DNA from: a virus
Taxonomy: Duplodnaviria; Caudoviricetes
Virus record (IMG/VR): IMGVR_UViG_3300042905_005823
Coordinates: 1-35,999 of that record
Reading direction: 5' to 3' (one strand)
Length of the DNA stretch: 35,999 nucleotides
The notes under the pieces are model-generated. The model had not been told where the DNA came from, did no database searches, and worked only from the letters and a program-made list of their open reading frames with translations. A program made the translations under genes and the position numbers. Shown here one piece after another: positions 35,146 through 35,999 of the stretch; within the stretch, counting starts at the first letter, position 1; each line of letters starts with the position of its first letter.

Positions 35146-35999
35146 ATGCATATTAATTACATATTAAATCTTGGTATTTCTAAGAAATCATATGTCGGTT
35201 CTGGTTCGTTTGAACTTGTAGGTGAAGCATCGACTATAATTGCCATAAATTATGAAGGTGCAGGTAAATTTGAATTAGTTGGAAATGCGATAACGGATTT
35301 AAAATATTATTACTTAGGCAACGGTTCATTTGAACTTGTAGGAACAAATACTGGAAAAATTCCAGAAAAACTATACACCAATATTAAATTTTCTGTCAAT
35401 CAGGTCGGAAAAACTTACGATAACAAACAATACAAAGTTTTACAAACACAAAGCGTTGGAGACTATCCACTTTATGTAACCAGCAATACCTTGCAAACAA
35501 AGGTATTTGATAATAATAGTCTGTTTACAGATTCTGAAATATCAACAATACTTTCTAACAAGTATTCAAATGAAATAACAAAGTATCAAAAAACTATTGA
35601 TTATATAAATCATAAGTTAAGCACAATACCATTGCCTACAGATGAAGAATTTTTGACAAACATTAAATTTAATATTAATGAAACATTTATCAATCTAGTT
35701 AACATAAACAATGAAGTTATTTCAATTGCTGGATCAGAAATAGAACCATATTATATAAGTGAATCTGAAATTGCTAATCAGAAAGCAGCTTTGACTACTC
35801 CAGAAAATATTGGTTATCGAGTTGGTGTTAATAACAATCTAATTGATAAATATGAAAATAAATTAGATATTATTAATAACAAACTATCTGGAATGACACC
35901 ACATCCACCATCTCCAATTAGAACAAACATTAAATTTAATATTAATGAAACATTTATCAATCTAGTTAACATAAACAATGAAGTTATTTCAATTGCTGG
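35146..35999 (+). CDS. Hypothetical repeat protein, 3'-truncated (>284 aa)
   Basis: Not in the ORF track. ATG at 35146 (MHINYILNLG...) stays open to the window end, with three YxGxGxFELVG repeats and three ~90-aa units starting TNIKF. Confidence 0.85.
   Translation, partial: MHINYILNLGISKKSYVGSGSFELVGEASTIIAINYEGAGKFELVGNAITDLKYYYLGNGSFELVGTNTGKIPEKLYTNIKFSVNQVGKTYDNKQYKVLQTQSVGDYPLYVTSNTLQTKVFDNNSLFTDSEISTILSNKYSNEITKYQKTIDYINHKLSTIPLPTDEEFLTNIKFNINETFINLVNINNEVISIAGSEIEPYYISESEIANQKAALTTPENIGYRVGVNNNLIDKYENKLDIINNKLSGMTPHPPSPIRTNIKFNINETFINLVNINNEVISIA
35656..35999 (+). repeat. 77-bp exact direct repeat (35656-35732 and 35923-35999), 267-bp period
   Basis: ACAAACATTAAATTTAATATTAATGAAAC...TCAATTGCTGG is identical in both copies; the second ends at the last base of the window. 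Confidence 0.92.

Noticed and set aside
1-35999. Stop-codon reassignment as seen in some large phages
   Set aside because: Standard-code ORFs tile the window with little gap, and TAA, TGA and TAG all end plausible genes.

Overview
AT-rich, densely coding segment of a large tailed phage with a contractile tail (T4-like/jumbo myovirus); the host cannot be determined. Bases 1-29119 form one minus-strand late/structural block, in transcription order: a membrane-anchored coiled-coil protein, a CCA-adding-enzyme-fold protein with a degenerate active site, a T4 gp2-like DNA end protector, tape measure, tube initiator, gp53/LysM-like wedge, hub, gp5/VgrG-like spike, gp25, gp6/J, gp7/I, small structural proteins, a PKD protein, and two giant paralogous multi-beta-propeller fibre/adhesin proteins. 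The last of these (<1-4224) runs off the window and is missing from the ORF track. Bases 29161-35999 are mostly plus strand: a possible small terminase, hypothetical proteins, a GT9-like glycosyltransferase, two methyltransferases (one TylF-like), a 42-aa membrane protein missing from the track, a small HNH nuclease and a truncated repeat protein. Most notable are the pseudo-CCA enzyme overlapping the end-protector gene, 30 Kelch-like blades with variation focused on the predicted binding face, Cys-bracketed modules, a small unrecognised Cys-rich domain, and a glycan-modification cluster near proteins with mucin-like Pro/Thr linkers. All family assignments come from motifs recognised by eye, not database searches. 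No rRNA, tRNA, CRISPR array or IS element was seen.
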